Below, piece by piece: positions 30,102 to 40,999 of a stretch of 64,000 nucleotides of DNA (the stretch's first letter is position 1; each line of letters begins with the position of its first letter). The translations under genes were made by a program, and so were the position numbers. The notes below the pieces were generated by a model. The model was not told the DNA's origin. It ran no database searches and worked only from the letters and a program-made list of their open reading frames with translations. This stretch comes from Cyanophyceae cyanobacterium. GTDB lineage: Bacteria; Cyanobacteriota; Cyanobacteriia; Cyanobacteriales; Laspinemataceae. The stretch spans positions 416,001 to 480,000 of the forward strand of contig JBBQFN010000001.1 in assembly GCA_038321985.1 (NCBI GenBank), written 5' to 3'.

Positions 30102-30617
30102 TTAATATAGATTCTGTTCTGCTTGTTGGAAATAAAAGGCGATCGTCCCGCCTAAAAATATCACCCCGCTAAAAATTGAAATTGTCCCGATCGCACTGGC
30201 TTGTCCTAATCCAACTTGGATAATCTGCCAGTTAATCAAGAAAAATAGCCAGATAATTTGTACCTTCATCCACCCAAACAGTTCACGCACCAGTCCTAAC
30301 AGTCGGTCCCCTTGGTCCTCGGTTATCGGAAACGGACTGTCTAACAGTTGAGGTAATAAGGGGGAAAGGGTTAAAACCAGGTAAATACAAGTTCCCATGC
30401 TGGGTAATAGCCAGAGAATTGGTTTGGAACCCCAGGTGTCCGGGTGTCCGGTGATGCCGAAATGAATGGGGATATTCTGCGGAAGGTTTTCCCAGGATTG
30501 TCCGATCGCCAGAAAGGTACAGAAAATTCCAGCTAAAGCAGCTATTTCCAAAGCCAGTTCCAGAGGCGATCGCACAATTGCTCCTAACAGACTTTCCCTG
30601 TTTTTGTTTCTATTCAT
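30102..30617 (-). CDS. DUF1648/SdpI-like membrane protein
   Basis: LPQNIPIHFGITGHPDTWGSK motif and about 4 TM segments. Confidence 0.8.
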   Translation of the reverse strand: MNRNKNRESLLGAIVRSPLELALEIAALAGIFCTFLAIGQSWENLPQNIPIHFGITGHPDTWGSKPILWLLPSMGTCIYLVLTLSPLLPQLLDSPFPITEDQGDRLLGLVRELFGWMKVQIIWLFFLINWQIIQVGLGQASAIGTISIFSGVIFLGGTIAFYFQQAEQNLY

Positions 30618-31155
30618 AAGCGTTTTATAAGATGGGGCGATAACTATTGTTCTCTATATTAACGAATTCCTTCGCAACCGGCTTGCGTTTTGCGGGGTAA
30701 ATGGGTAGACCTGTTTACATCGACTTAACCTAGACTGTACTCCTGCAAATTCATTTAACCCCTAACCGTTTTGTACTTTTTATGGGTATAGAAATCTCTA
30801 CCGTAACTTTCTCACTCTCATCAGCCCTCTCATTACACTCTTCCTCCTTTCTAGGCTAAAAATCTGGACAAATTGCCGGAAATTTGTATTAAAATTACAA
30901 GATTGTGCTATCAAAAGCCTATTTAGTTTAGGCGATCGCCTCCGGCATATAGAGCAGTTCCCCCAGTCAGGCAATTAGAAGCTCCCCCTCCTCAATTTAT
31001 TGTCCAACTGCGGCAAGACGCGCTATAAATGGGCTGGTCAAGTATTCCCTATCGTGAAAAAAAAACACAAATCCATCCTCAACGCGGAAGGATACAGCTA
31101 CCATTAGAACATCCGGTCAAAGTCCAGCTCACAATCAAAGCCTAATAAAAATTCA

Positions 31156-32646
31156 ATGTTAGATAACCTCGACCTTAAACTTTCCCTGGATAAAAAAACT
31201 TATCAAGAACAGATAGAAGCCTTGATGCAGCAGATCCGACAGCTACAACAAGCCTGTTGGGAAAAAAAATTAACCTCGATCTTTGTATTAGAAGGCTGGG
31301 CCGCCGCCGGGAAAGGGTCCCTCGTCAAAAAAATGGTGGGTTATATGGACCCCCGGGGATTTCGAGTCCATCCCATCTGGCCCCCCAGTGAAGAAGCGCG
31401 GCAGTATCCCTTTCTGTGGCGATTTTGGGAAAAACTGCCAGCGCGGGGTAGTATTGGCATTTTCTATCACAGTTGGTATATTCGCCTGTTAGAAGATCGG
31501 TTATTTGGACGACTCACCGATGCCGAAGTCACCTCCGCTATCCGGCAAATCAACGCCTTTGAGCGGCAGATGGTGGATGATGGGGTGGCGATCGCCAAAT
31601 TCTGGATTCACATCAGCAAAAAAGAAATCAAGAAGCGGCTGAAAAAATCCGCAGCCGACCCCCTCACCGCTTGGCGAGTCCGTCCCGAAGACTGGCAGCA
31701 ATCGAAAAGATACGATACCTACCGGGACTTAGCGGAAAATATGGTGATTCAAACCAGCACCGGACCCGCCCCCTGGACCCTTGTCGAAGGGGACGATTAT
31801 CGGTGGGCACAGGTTAAAGTGCTGACCAAAATGGCAACAACCCTCACGGAAGCCCTGGATCGCCTCCACTATCAGCTACCGGTGCCAGTTTTACCCGCTC
31901 AAGAAGAACTTCAACCCACAGAACCGGATTTTCTCTCCCAAATCGATCTGAGTGTGAGCTTAGATAAACAGGACTATAAAAAACAACTGCGCAAAGAACA
32001 AGTTGAACTCACGAAACTTCAACTTGAGATTCACGAACAACAAATTCCCGTACTCGTATTATTTGAAGGATGGGACGCGGCTGGAAAAGGGGGAGCCATC
32101 AAACGCTTGACTGATGTCCTAGATCCGCGAAGTTATGGGGTGAATACCTTTGGCGCACCCAGTACGGAAGAATTATCTCATCATTATTTGTGGCGGTTCT
32201 GGCGACGGTTACCCCCACCGGGAACGATTGGGATTTTTGATCGCAGTTGGTATGGTCGAGTTTTAGTCGAGCGAATAGAAGGATTTGCCAACCAACCGGA
32301 ATGGCGCAGAGCTTATCGAGAAATCAATGAATTTGAGGAACAACTCACTACTGCCGGTTATGCTGTGGTCAAATTCTGGCTTCATATTAGCCCAGAAGAA
32401 CAACTGAATCGGTTTAATGAACGCAGTAACAATCCCTTTAAGCAACATAAGCTCACGGACGAAGACTGGCGAAATCGGGAGCAGTGGTCACTCTATCAGG
32501 TTGCGGTGAATCAGATGATCCAGCGTACCAGTACCCCGTCGGCACCTTGGACCATTGTGGCGGGGGATGACAAATATTATGCCCGAGTCAAAGTGATCCA
32601 AACGGTGATTCAGGCAATCAAGAGCAAAATCAAACGGCACACATAA
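31156..32646 (+). CDS. pap: Two-domain polyphosphate kinase 2 (polyphosphate:AMP phosphotransferase)
   Basis: Tandem PPK2 domains: EGWAAAGKG/HSWY and EGWDAAGKGG/FDRSWYGRVLVER. Confidence 0.92.
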   Translation: MLDNLDLKLSLDKKTYQEQIEALMQQIRQLQQACWEKKLTSIFVLEGWAAAGKGSLVKKMVGYMDPRGFRVHPIWPPSEEARQYPFLWRFWEKLPARGSIGIFYHSWYIRLLEDRLFGRLTDAEVTSAIRQINAFERQMVDDGVAIAKFWIHISKKEIKKRLKKSAADPLTAWRVRPEDWQQSKRYDTYRDLAENMVIQTSTGPAPWTLVEGDDYRWAQVKVLTKMATTLTEALDRLHYQLPVPVLPAQEELQPTEPDFLSQIDLSVSLDKQDYKKQLRKEQVELTKLQLEIHEQQIPVLVLFEGWDAAGKGGAIKRLTDVLDPRSYGVNTFGAPSTEELSHHYLWRFWRRLPPPGTIGIFDRSWYGRVLVERIEGFANQPEWRRAYREINEFEEQLTTAGYAVVKFWLHISPEEQLNRFNERSNNPFKQHKLTDEDWRNREQWSLYQVAVNQMIQRTSTPSAPWTIVAGDDKYYARVKVIQTVIQAIKSKIKRHT

Positions 32647-32696
32647 CCGAAGGCGATCGCACTCATTTGAGTCTAAGTTTTTTAGGGAAAGTCCTT

Positions 32697-32730
32697 GGGT
32701 CCCCTTCCCCACAGACAGGGGAGGGGACCC
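32697..32730. terminator. GC-rich hairpin between convergent genes
   Basis: GGGTCCCCTTCCCC...GGGGAGGGGACCC. Confidence 0.5.
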
Positions 32731-32749
32731 GAGTTAGATGGCGATCGCC

Positions 32750-33673
32750 TTAATAGAGAGTGCTGTGGGGCATTTGCTGGGGTAACGGCGCACGGCCCTT
32801 GGCGATCGCATCTCCATACTGTTGCATCCCCTCTTCTACATCATTGAAACTGCGAAATTCTCCACCCTCTAAAGTCGCTCCCGAAAAGTTGGCATCCCGC
32901 AGATCCGCATCCGTGAAATTTACCCGCGTTAAATTCGTGGAATTGAACTGAGCTTGATGTAATAATGCCGAGCTTAAATCCGCCCCGGTTAAGTTCGCTC
33001 CCGTTAAATTCACCCCACGCAGCTTGGCATCACTAAAATTTGTAAACCTCAGATTCGCACCGGCGAGATTGGCACCACTCAGCTTTGCCTCACTCAAATT
33101 CACCCCATCCAGTTCGACTCCAGCCAAGTCTACGCCGTTCAAAAAAGCTCCGCTGAGATTAACCCCCGTTAATTGAGCCCCTTCCAGGAGAGCACCGCTC
33201 AATCGCGCCCCACTGAGATTGGCCCATTTCAAATTGGCACCCGTTAGGTTCGCACCCCGCAGGTTGGCCCCTTCGAGGTTGGCTCCACAAAAATTTGCCT
33301 CCCTGAGATCCGCGCCTCGAAGGTTGGCGTTCATCAGATTGGCCCCACTCAGTTTAGCCTGATTTAGGTGGGCCTGGACCAGAAAGGAACCCCTCAGATC
33401 CGCTTTCGTCAGGTTGGCCTCAGTTAATCGGGCGTCACTGAGTTTAGCAAAATTGAGATTAGATCGGTTGAGGGCAGCACGGGTTAGATTGGACTTAGTT
33501 AAAAATGAGCGGGCGAAATTTACGCCTTCGAGATAGGCACCCGTGAGGTTAACCCCAATTAGGGTAACCCCCATCAATTTCGCTTCGCGCAAATCTAAGC
33601 CCGAAAAGTCTCTTATTCCCTGTTCGTAAAGGGTAAGCCAATGATTAATATTCATGGGTGCTATTTTTATCAA
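32750..33673 (-). CDS. Pentapeptide repeat protein
   Basis: Extensive A(N/D)LxG repeats after YEQGIRDFSG; the true start may be the Met at 33655. Confidence 0.93.
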   Translation of the reverse strand: MIKIAPMNINHWLTLYEQGIRDFSGLDLREAKLMGVTLIGVNLTGAYLEGVNFARSFLTKSNLTRAALNRSNLNFAKLSDARLTEANLTKADLRGSFLVQAHLNQAKLSGANLMNANLRGADLREANFCGANLEGANLRGANLTGANLKWANLSGARLSGALLEGAQLTGVNLSGAFLNGVDLAGVELDGVNLSEAKLSGANLAGANLRFTNFSDAKLRGVNLTGANLTGADLSSALLHQAQFNSTNLTRVNFTDADLRDANFSGATLEGGEFRSFNDVEEGMQQYGDAIAKGRAPLPQQMPHSTLY

Positions 33674-34205
33674 CCCAGCACTTTGGAGGAACTGACGATT
33701 TCAATTTCACTTACTCAACTCCTATTCAGTATGGCGCGGTATCGAAGGATAAACCTACAATTTTTCATGAATCTTTGTAACGCTTGATGTCATAGATTGG
33801 ATTACCCTGAATGAGTTTAGAGAAAACAACAAGGGAAGTAGGCTATCCATACCGGAAGCACCGGGCAACAGGCGGCGAGCGTTACCTTACTGAGGTCTGA
33901 CCCTGTGCCTAAGACCCGGGAATGGGTATCCGGGAGCCGGCATTCTGGGCGGTCCAAATTCGATCTTACTGCGCTTAACCTTCAGGAAAATTTAAGAAAC
34001 TCATAGATTTGTCAAGAAAAATGTAACAAGCGAAAATCACTCCGAAGAAATACTTAAATTTCTGGGCGATCGCGGACCGGCCTCGATACTTTCCCGGGGG
34101 TTTAACCAAATTTTCCTCTTCAGTGTTTTTACTGATTCGTACCCGTAGAAACATAGAGAAGAGGATTCGATCGCCTTTTAACTTGCACCTTGAGGACGTC
34201 AAGCA

Positions 34206-35255
34206 ATGTTTTTAGTCATAACCCAGCTTCTGCTATGGGTGGTTGTCGCCCTACTCATCTGGTATGTTCTCCTCCAGCTTATTCCCCGGGAATATCTAAC
34301 CTGGCTAGGGGGCGCAATCCTGTTAAGTATTATCGTCTTGGCGTTTTTCTTCCCCACGGAACAGGGGGTTGCTACCTTGTGGTACATCCTCTCCTTTCCC
34401 CTGCGCCCCTTAGGGTTGTGCATCGTCCTGTTATGCGCGGCGACGAGGAGGCCAAAACAGCGGATGCACCTGGTTTGTGCTGCCCTGATTATCTTGGTCC
34501 TGTCTAGCGTTCCTTGGTTGGCTCAAAGCTATCAATATTGGCTGATTCGGTCTAATTTCCCAGTCGCATCAGTTTGTCCAGCCCCGGGAAACCCTAATCT
34601 CGTCCCAGTTGTAAGCCGTCCCGAGGGCATCGTCCTTTTATCTGCGGGCGTCTCCCAGCCTTCTTTGCCCTATCAGCCGGAACTGATAGAAGCCAGTATG
34701 AGCGACCTGATCGTCACCACAGTTCGTCAGTATCAACTCCAGCAACAGGTGGGACATTCGCCTCGGGTGATTGTTGCGGCTCGTCCCCAACCCTTTCCCT
34801 GGCAAGGGGTTAGCGCGCCTTGGTATTCAGTCACCTCTACCGATATCCTGGAAGCTGACATCATCAGAAACCTGTTGATCTCTCAAGGAGTGTCTCCTAC
34901 TCATATTTTTATTTTAAATAAGGTGGAAAATATCCGTCAAAGTGCAGAAGCCGTCGCCGAACTTATCCCGCGACTGGGTACGCGCAAACCTCGGGTGATT
35001 GTAGTGGCTTCTGTCTTGCATCTTCCCAGGGCCAGCCTTGCTTTTGAAGGTCTCGATCTGGACGTGATTCCGCGATCGCCTAGTTTGTATCCGCAAATCT
35101 GTGCTCTAGAACAAGTTCGCCCTGGCATTTATGACATCATCCCCAGTGCAACTAGCTTAGCCCTAACCAGCCGAGTAGTCGAGGAATTTTACACCTTGAT
35201 GTATTATTTTCTGCGCGGTTGGGTTGAACCTTGTGCTCGGTGCTTGGGTAATTGA
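34206..35255 (+). CDS. YdcF/DUF218 family membrane protein
   Basis: Four N-terminal TM segments (LSFPLRPLGL); VIVVASVLHLPRASLAF motif. Confidence 0.8.
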   Translation: MFLVITQLLLWVVVALLIWYVLLQLIPREYLTWLGGAILLSIIVLAFFFPTEQGVATLWYILSFPLRPLGLCIVLLCAATRRPKQRMHLVCAALIILVLSSVPWLAQSYQYWLIRSNFPVASVCPAPGNPNLVPVVSRPEGIVLLSAGVSQPSLPYQPELIEASMSDLIVTTVRQYQLQQQVGHSPRVIVAARPQPFPWQGVSAPWYSVTSTDILEADIIRNLLISQGVSPTHIFILNKVENIRQSAEAVAELIPRLGTRKPRVIVVASVLHLPRASLAFEGLDLDVIPRSPSLYPQICALEQVRPGIYDIIPSATSLALTSRVVEEFYTLMYYFLRGWVEPCARCLGN

Positions 35256-35403
35256 ATTCTGGGCCGTATTTTAGGGTTGCAGAGATTTGAAGAGAGGGGG
35301 TTTCCCAGTTCTTTAGTCCCGATCGGGTTCATTTTCCCGGGAGGAGATGAACTCGCCGATCGCCCTTTACACTAAAAGAGGGGTAAAAAACTATCAATTT
35401 GAC

Positions 35404-37149
35404 ATGGCTCGCTCAAAACTTCAAAAACTGGCCTCCTATATGCGTCCTCACTGGCGAAATGCCTTAGTGGGGATTGTGGCCCTATTTATTGTCAATGCTT
35501 TGGGGGTGTACATTCCCCTGCTGATTCGCAACGCAGTCGATGAACTAGAAGTCACCTTCAGTCTTGACCGCATTTTATACTCGGTGGCGATCATCCTGGG
35601 TCTAGCAAGCGTGATGTGGGTGATTCGCGTCGTCTCCCGAATGTTTCTGTTCGGGGTGGGACGTCAGGTGGAATTTGACCTCAAACAAGGGATTTTTCAG
35701 CACGTCCTCACTCTAGAACCCGCGTACTTTGCTCTGAATCCGCCGGGAGACCTGATTAACCGCGCCACGTCTGATGTGGACAATATCCGTCGTCTGCTAG
35801 GATTTGCGGTGTTGAGTGTGGTGAATACGGTTTTTGCCTATGCTTTGACCCTGCCGGTGATGTTGGCGATTAATGTCAAGTTGACGGTGTGGGCCGTTGC
35901 CGTGTATCCGTTTATGTTGATGATCGTGCAGTTATTTAGCGATCGCCTCCGCACCGAGCAACTCGAAGTCCAAGAGCAACTCTCGGGGCTCAGCGACTTA
36001 ATTCAAGAAGATATGAGCGGGATATCTTTAATTAAAATCTATGCTCAGGAAGAAAACGAACGCCTTGCCTTCCGAAACCTTAACCAACAGTATTTACGGG
36101 CAAATCTCAAATTAGCTCAAACCCGCAGTTTTCTATTTCCCGTCCTCGGGGGATTAGCCAGTGTGAGCTTACTGGTTTTACTCACTTTCGGTGCCGGGGC
36201 GATCGCCGATGGGGAAATTACCGTTGGAGATTTCATCGCTCTCTTGCTATATGTAGAACGGCTGGTGTTTCCCACTGCCCTGCTGGGGTTTACCATTACG
36301 GCCTATCAACGGGGAGAAGTGAGTATTGACCGCATCGAGTCTATTTTTGAAGCCAAACCGAAAGTCCAGGATGCAGCGGATGCAACTGTGCTCACTGAAA
36401 CGGCAACAGGTCACCTCCGCGCTAGTCATCTCACTTATCGCTATCCCGATTCCCAAACTCCAGCCCTTAGCGATCTGAGCTTTGAAATTACACCGGGTGA
36501 AACGGTGGCGATCGTCGGCCCCATTGGTTCCGGGAAATCCACCCTCGCCAATGCTATCCCGCGCCTACTGGAAATTAACCCCGGACAACTCTATCTGGAT
36601 GACAAAGATATCACCACTCTTAAATTAGAAAATCTGCGGGCGAACATCGCTTACGTTCCCCAGGAAAGTTTTTTGTTTAGCACATCCATTCGGAACAACA
36701 TCCGGTATGGCAAACCCCTCGCCGAAGACCCCGAAATTATCCAAACCGCCAAACAAGCCCAAATTCACCCGGAAATTCTCAACTTTCCTCAACAATACGA
36801 GACCATGGTGGGGGAACGGGGGATTACCCTTTCTGGAGGACAGCGGCAGCGCATGGCCCTGGCGAGAGCGCTGCTGGTGGATGCGCCGGTGCTGATTTTA
36901 GATGATGCCCTCTCTAGTGTGGATAATCAGACGGCAACGGATATTCTCCAGAACCTTTCCTCGGGTACTCAGCGCAAAACCGTGCTGTTTATCTCGCACC
37001 AAATGTCTGCTGCTGCCTCTGCCGATCGCATTTTTGTTATGGATCGCGGGGCGATCGTCCAAGTTGGTACTCACGCTGAATTAGTAGAACAACCGGGTTT
37101 GTATCAACAGCTTTGGAATCAGCAGAAGCTAGAGGCACTCTTGCATTAA
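35404..37149 (+). CDS. ABC exporter, fused permease/ATPase
   Basis: TM domain; GPIGSGKST, LSGGQRQR, DDALSSVD. ATG at 35404 preferred. Confidence 0.93.
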   Translation: MARSKLQKLASYMRPHWRNALVGIVALFIVNALGVYIPLLIRNAVDELEVTFSLDRILYSVAIILGLASVMWVIRVVSRMFLFGVGRQVEFDLKQGIFQHVLTLEPAYFALNPPGDLINRATSDVDNIRRLLGFAVLSVVNTVFAYALTLPVMLAINVKLTVWAVAVYPFMLMIVQLFSDRLRTEQLEVQEQLSGLSDLIQEDMSGISLIKIYAQEENERLAFRNLNQQYLRANLKLAQTRSFLFPVLGGLASVSLLVLLTFGAGAIADGEITVGDFIALLLYVERLVFPTALLGFTITAYQRGEVSIDRIESIFEAKPKVQDAADATVLTETATGHLRASHLTYRYPDSQTPALSDLSFEITPGETVAIVGPIGSGKSTLANAIPRLLEINPGQLYLDDKDITTLKLENLRANIAYVPQESFLFSTSIRNNIRYGKPLAEDPEIIQTAKQAQIHPEILNFPQQYETMVGERGITLSGGQRQRMALARALLVDAPVLILDDALSSVDNQTATDILQNLSSGTQRKTVLFISHQMSAAASADRIFVMDRGAIVQVGTHAELVEQPGLYQQLWNQQKLEALLH

Positions 37150-37189
37150 GCTGGGGAAGCCGTCAACCCCCCTAAAGCCTTTAACCCCG

Positions 37190-37231
37190 CCATTTAGAAG
37201 CAGGATTTTAGCATTTTTTGCTTCTAAATGG
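37190..37231. terminator. Inverted repeat downstream of the ABC gene
   Basis: CCATTTAGAAGCA ... TGCTTCTAAATGG. Confidence 0.5.
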
Positions 37232-37326
37232 TCCCGAAAAGAGCTGTTTTCATTGCGGTTCAATGCCGATTTCAGAGGTTACCCTGGGTCGGAATATTCT
37301 TTGTAGTCCTTTTTGAATGAATTAAC

Positions 37327-38085
37327 ATGGAAACGGAAAAATTTATCACCATTGATGACGAATCTATTTCACTGCGGCAAGCCCTGGGTTATCTGCGGAC
37401 CAGTGGCGATCTCCAACAGGTGATTATGAAGATTTTGCGGCAGCACGTCATTGAACAAGAGCTACAAAGCCAGTCTGACCTCGAAATTGATGCCTCTCTC
37501 TTAGAACAAGCGATTATCAATTTTCGCCTCCAAAATCAACTGGTGCAATCCGAGGGATTTGACCAATGGTTGCAAAGTCAAAATCTAACTTATACGACTT
37601 TTCGGAATCAGTTTGCCGCCGGTTTAAAAATGGAGGAAATTAAAACAAAAGTCACTGCCGAACAACTCCAAGATTATTTTCAGAAGAATCAGCCATCTTT
37701 GGAACAGGTTGTTCTCTCCCGAATTGTGGTAGAACAATTTGATAAAGCTGTAGAACTCAAGAGTCAGATTGAGGAAGCCGGGGCAAGTTTTGAAGCCCTC
37801 GCAAAGGAGCATTCCCTGGCTGGAGAACGCGCCTATAATGGGATGATGGGGGCAGTCCCTCTGGGTCAATTACCTCCTGCGATTCGGGATGCGATCGCCA
37901 CTGCCGAATTGGGAAAAATTGTGGGTCCTATGGAATTTGAAGGTCGCTACAGCCTGCTACGCGTCGAACAACGCATTCCCGCTACCTTAGAGGGACAGCT
38001 CAAACGTCAGCTTCAAGAACAACTATTCGAGCAGTGGTGGCAAAGCAAACTCCAAAATAAAAACGTTAAATTGCAGGTTGAATAA
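37327..38085 (+). CDS. PpiC/parvulin-type peptidyl-prolyl isomerase (cyanobacterial type)
   Basis: VVLSRIVV...FEALAKEHS...NGMMG...IVGP motifs. Confidence 0.85.
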   Translation: METEKFITIDDESISLRQALGYLRTSGDLQQVIMKILRQHVIEQELQSQSDLEIDASLLEQAIINFRLQNQLVQSEGFDQWLQSQNLTYTTFRNQFAAGLKMEEIKTKVTAEQLQDYFQKNQPSLEQVVLSRIVVEQFDKAVELKSQIEEAGASFEALAKEHSLAGERAYNGMMGAVPLGQLPPAIRDAIATAELGKIVGPMEFEGRYSLLRVEQRIPATLEGQLKRQLQEQLFEQWWQSKLQNKNVKLQVE

Positions 38086-38133
38086 AACCTCGTAGGAAGC
38101 CCAATGCTCCCACCCTTCAATTAGATAGCATCT

Positions 38134-38159
38134 CGTGTCATGGCTGAAGCCGTGACACG
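38134..38159. repeat. TGAA-loop hairpin repeat
   Basis: CGTGTCATGGC-TGAA-GCCGTGACACG; an inverted, decayed relative lies at about 56041-56090 (…GCCATGACACG). Confidence 0.55.
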
Positions 38160-38279
38160 GGTAGGATGGGCGATCGGGTGCGGCTACAGGGATCGAAAAA
38201 CTTCCCCTTCTTTCCGGCTACCCAAGATGCTTTAAAACAAGGGAAAGGCCGGAGTCACTATAAGGGCTACTTACGAGTT

Positions 38280-40418
38280 TTAGACCGCTGCGGATGCGAT
38301 TTCAACCGGCTGCATAGGAAGTTCAATTTGAAACTCTGTGCCTTGTCCCGGTTGAGAAACACACTTCAAACAACCGCCGTGTTTTTCTACTACAATTTGG
38401 TAGCTAATAGATAATCCCAAACCGGTCCCTGAACCAATAGGTTTTGTAGTAAAAAATGGGTCAAAAATCCGCGATCGCACTTCCTTGGGAATTCCGGGAC
38501 CGTTATCGGAAATCTGGATAACTATCCGTTTCGGCTTGAGCGTACAGGCGGGATAGTCATGATTTAAGCGGACTTCGCCCGGAATCAGGCCAGAGGCTTC
38601 ATCCTCCAACCATTGGGTCGTTATTTTAATCCAGCTAGGATTATCTCGAATCTGTTCCGGGCTGCGGTTGCGATCGCGCATTTCGAGAGCATCAATAGCA
38701 TTGCTCAATATATTCATAAAAACCTGATTCATTTGAGCCGCATAACATTCTACCAGGGGTAAATCAACGTACTCTTTAATCAGGTGAATTCCCCGGCGAT
38801 CGCCTTTAGCTTTGAGGCGGTGTTGCAAAATTAATAGGGTACTCTCCATCCCTTCATGGAGGTTCACTGCCTTCTTCTGTGATTGATCCAGCCGGGAGAA
38901 GTTTCGCAAAGATAAAACAATCCCCCGAATTCGTTCTACTCCTACTCTCATCGAGGATAAAATTTTGGGTAAATCTTCCCTCAAAAAGTCTGATTCGATT
39001 TCCTCCCTGAATTCTTGAATCGCTTCGTCAGGAGTGGGATAACATTCTTGGTACTGTTCAAGTAATTCAAGTAAATCTCGGGCATAATCAGTAACGTGAG
39101 TGAGATTCCCGTAGATAAAATTAACCGGGTTGTTAATCTCGTGAGCGACTCCAGCTACCAACTGTCCCAGGCTTGCCATTTTTTCACTCTGGACCAGTTG
39201 ACTTTGGGTTTGTTGCAAGTTTTGTAAGGTGAGACCCAGTGATTCCTTTTGATGGCGCAATTGCTCAAAGAGTTGAGATTGATGTACCCCTACGCCAAAC
39301 TGAGTACCGATTTGACTGAGTAATTCTATTTCATACTCATACCAATGACGGGGACCGGAATTCTGATAAGCAGCCAGGAGTCCCCACAAGGTTTGTCCGC
39401 AAAGGATGGGAACGATAATATACGCTTTAGCCTGAAACTGTTCTAGCAATTCAATGTGGCACTGAGCATGACCTACCGTGTAGATATCGTTAACTGCGAA
39501 GGCTTTATTCTCCCGGTAGCGTCCACCCTGGGTTTCTTCTAAGTGAGTATCTACAGTGTCCGCAAGGCTACCGACCAGGGGATTCCACCCCGATGAGACG
39601 GATTCGGCGACAAAATTGCCACTCCAATCGGGGTTGAAGCGGTAGACAGCAACGCGATCGGCTTTTAGCAGTTGCCGCACTTCTTGGGTGGTAGTCTGAA
39701 AAAGGGTATTGATATCGAGCGATCGCCGGATTTTATCAATAGTCGTGGCTAAAGCTCGTTCTCGTCTGGCTGCCGCGCCTAATTGTGCGGTTTGGGCTTG
39801 GAATTTATCCTGTTCTTCAGCACGTTCTAACGCCAAGCACAGGTGAGATCCCATTAACCGGAGAAATTCAATTTCGCTAGGTTCCCAGTGACACTCTCCC
39901 CAACATTGATGTACCCAGAGGAGTCCCCAGAGTGTTGCTCCTTGGTGGAGGGGGATGCACAAGTGCGATTTAACTTTTAAGTGAGTTAAAAAATCTCGAT
40001 AGTGCCGGTTGAGTGTAGAGTGGGAAATTTCGGGGATGACATGAATCCCGCCTAACTGATAGTAGGCATGACATTCGTCAGCAAAGCTGCGATCGCACAG
40101 TTGTGTGCCCACTGTAGCTAGGGCGGGAGATCGCACATCTTCGGCAATAATTTGTCCCCAACTGCCCTGGAGTTCCGGCGATAAGCGAATCACAGCAACG
40201 CGATCGACGTTTAATAACAGCCGCACATCAGTCACCGTAGCTTGAAATAGGCTCTCTAGGTCCAGGAATTCCCGAATCCGGGCGATCGCCCGAGACAAGG
40301 TTTTATACTGTTCCGTTGCACCCGGGGCGATCGCCATCCCTCGTTCTGACTTCCCCAAAAAACCGTCCTGCTTCGAGACCTTTGTTTCTATCCCTATTGA
40401 ACTCACCCAACTTTCCAT
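38280..40418 (-). CDS. GAF-GAF-histidine kinase; second GAF is a red/green-lineage cyanobacteriochrome
   Basis: GAF2 has [12 protein letters not shown] and [16 protein letters not shown]; kinase motifs [19 protein letters not shown]. Confidence 0.9.
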   Translation of the reverse strand: MESWVSSIGIETKVSKQDGFLGKSERGMAIAPGATEQYKTLSRAIARIREFLDLESLFQATVTDVRLLLNVDRVAVIRLSPELQGSWGQIIAEDVRSPALATVGTQLCDRSFADECHAYYQLGGIHVIPEISHSTLNRHYRDFLTHLKVKSHLCIPLHQGATLWGLLWVHQCWGECHWEPSEIEFLRLMGSHLCLALERAEEQDKFQAQTAQLGAAARRERALATTIDKIRRSLDINTLFQTTTQEVRQLLKADRVAVYRFNPDWSGNFVAESVSSGWNPLVGSLADTVDTHLEETQGGRYRENKAFAVNDIYTVGHAQCHIELLEQFQAKAYIIVPILCGQTLWGLLAAYQNSGPRHWYEYEIELLSQIGTQFGVGVHQSQLFEQLRHQKESLGLTLQNLQQTQSQLVQSEKMASLGQLVAGVAHEINNPVNFIYGNLTHVTDYARDLLELLEQYQECYPTPDEAIQEFREEIESDFLREDLPKILSSMRVGVERIRGIVLSLRNFSRLDQSQKKAVNLHEGMESTLLILQHRLKAKGDRRGIHLIKEYVDLPLVECYAAQMNQVFMNILSNAIDALEMRDRNRSPEQIRDNPSWIKITTQWLEDEASGLIPGEVRLNHDYPACTLKPKRIVIQISDNGPGIPKEVRSRIFDPFFTTKPIGSGTGLGLSISYQIVVEKHGGCLKCVSQPGQGTEFQIELPMQPVEIASAAV

Positions 40419-40999
40419 CGCAAATACTCCATCCTATTGTTCTTTCAAGGCTGCTGACTGTTCCTAGGGCATTTTTGATACAGTATGGGTAAGATAATCT
40501 GGCTGATTTACAAAATTTTTGCACCGAAAGCAAGCCATCTGATGCAGAAATCAGGTTTCTTGTCCCTTTTATCGAATACTGTACCGCCGTTCTAGATGCA
40601 TTGGATTAAGTAGATGCGCTCACCCCTTCTGAAGCCAGGTGATGTCCCGATTGTTCCCCGATTTAATGTTATTATAAAATGGCTCATTTTTATTTCTCTC
40701 TCTCTGGAGGCTCATTTTTCGCTTACGACTGATCCACAGGAGTTGTTAATTAGAGTCTAAATTCATCAGATTATAGCTATAATTTTTTCTATTGGGGAGT
40801 CAAAATCCGAGGAACAATTGATCCGGGTCTGAACGCCTCAGACGGTAAAAGAAGTTTATGAATTTTCTCTAGCGGAATAATTTATAGGGGCTATAGAGGC
40901 GATTCGATTTCAGGGTGAAACTCTCATCTCAGGGGTGGGGGCAAAGCCGGAATTGCCCCACAAAACCCGGGAATTAAACCGGCAAACTGACCCCAGAAT

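Noticed and set aside
33830..33960. Possible SRP RNA or other ncRNA (ACCGGAAG motif)
   Set aside because: It lacks the conserved TCAGG.CCGGAAGG.AGCAGC core and flanking helix.
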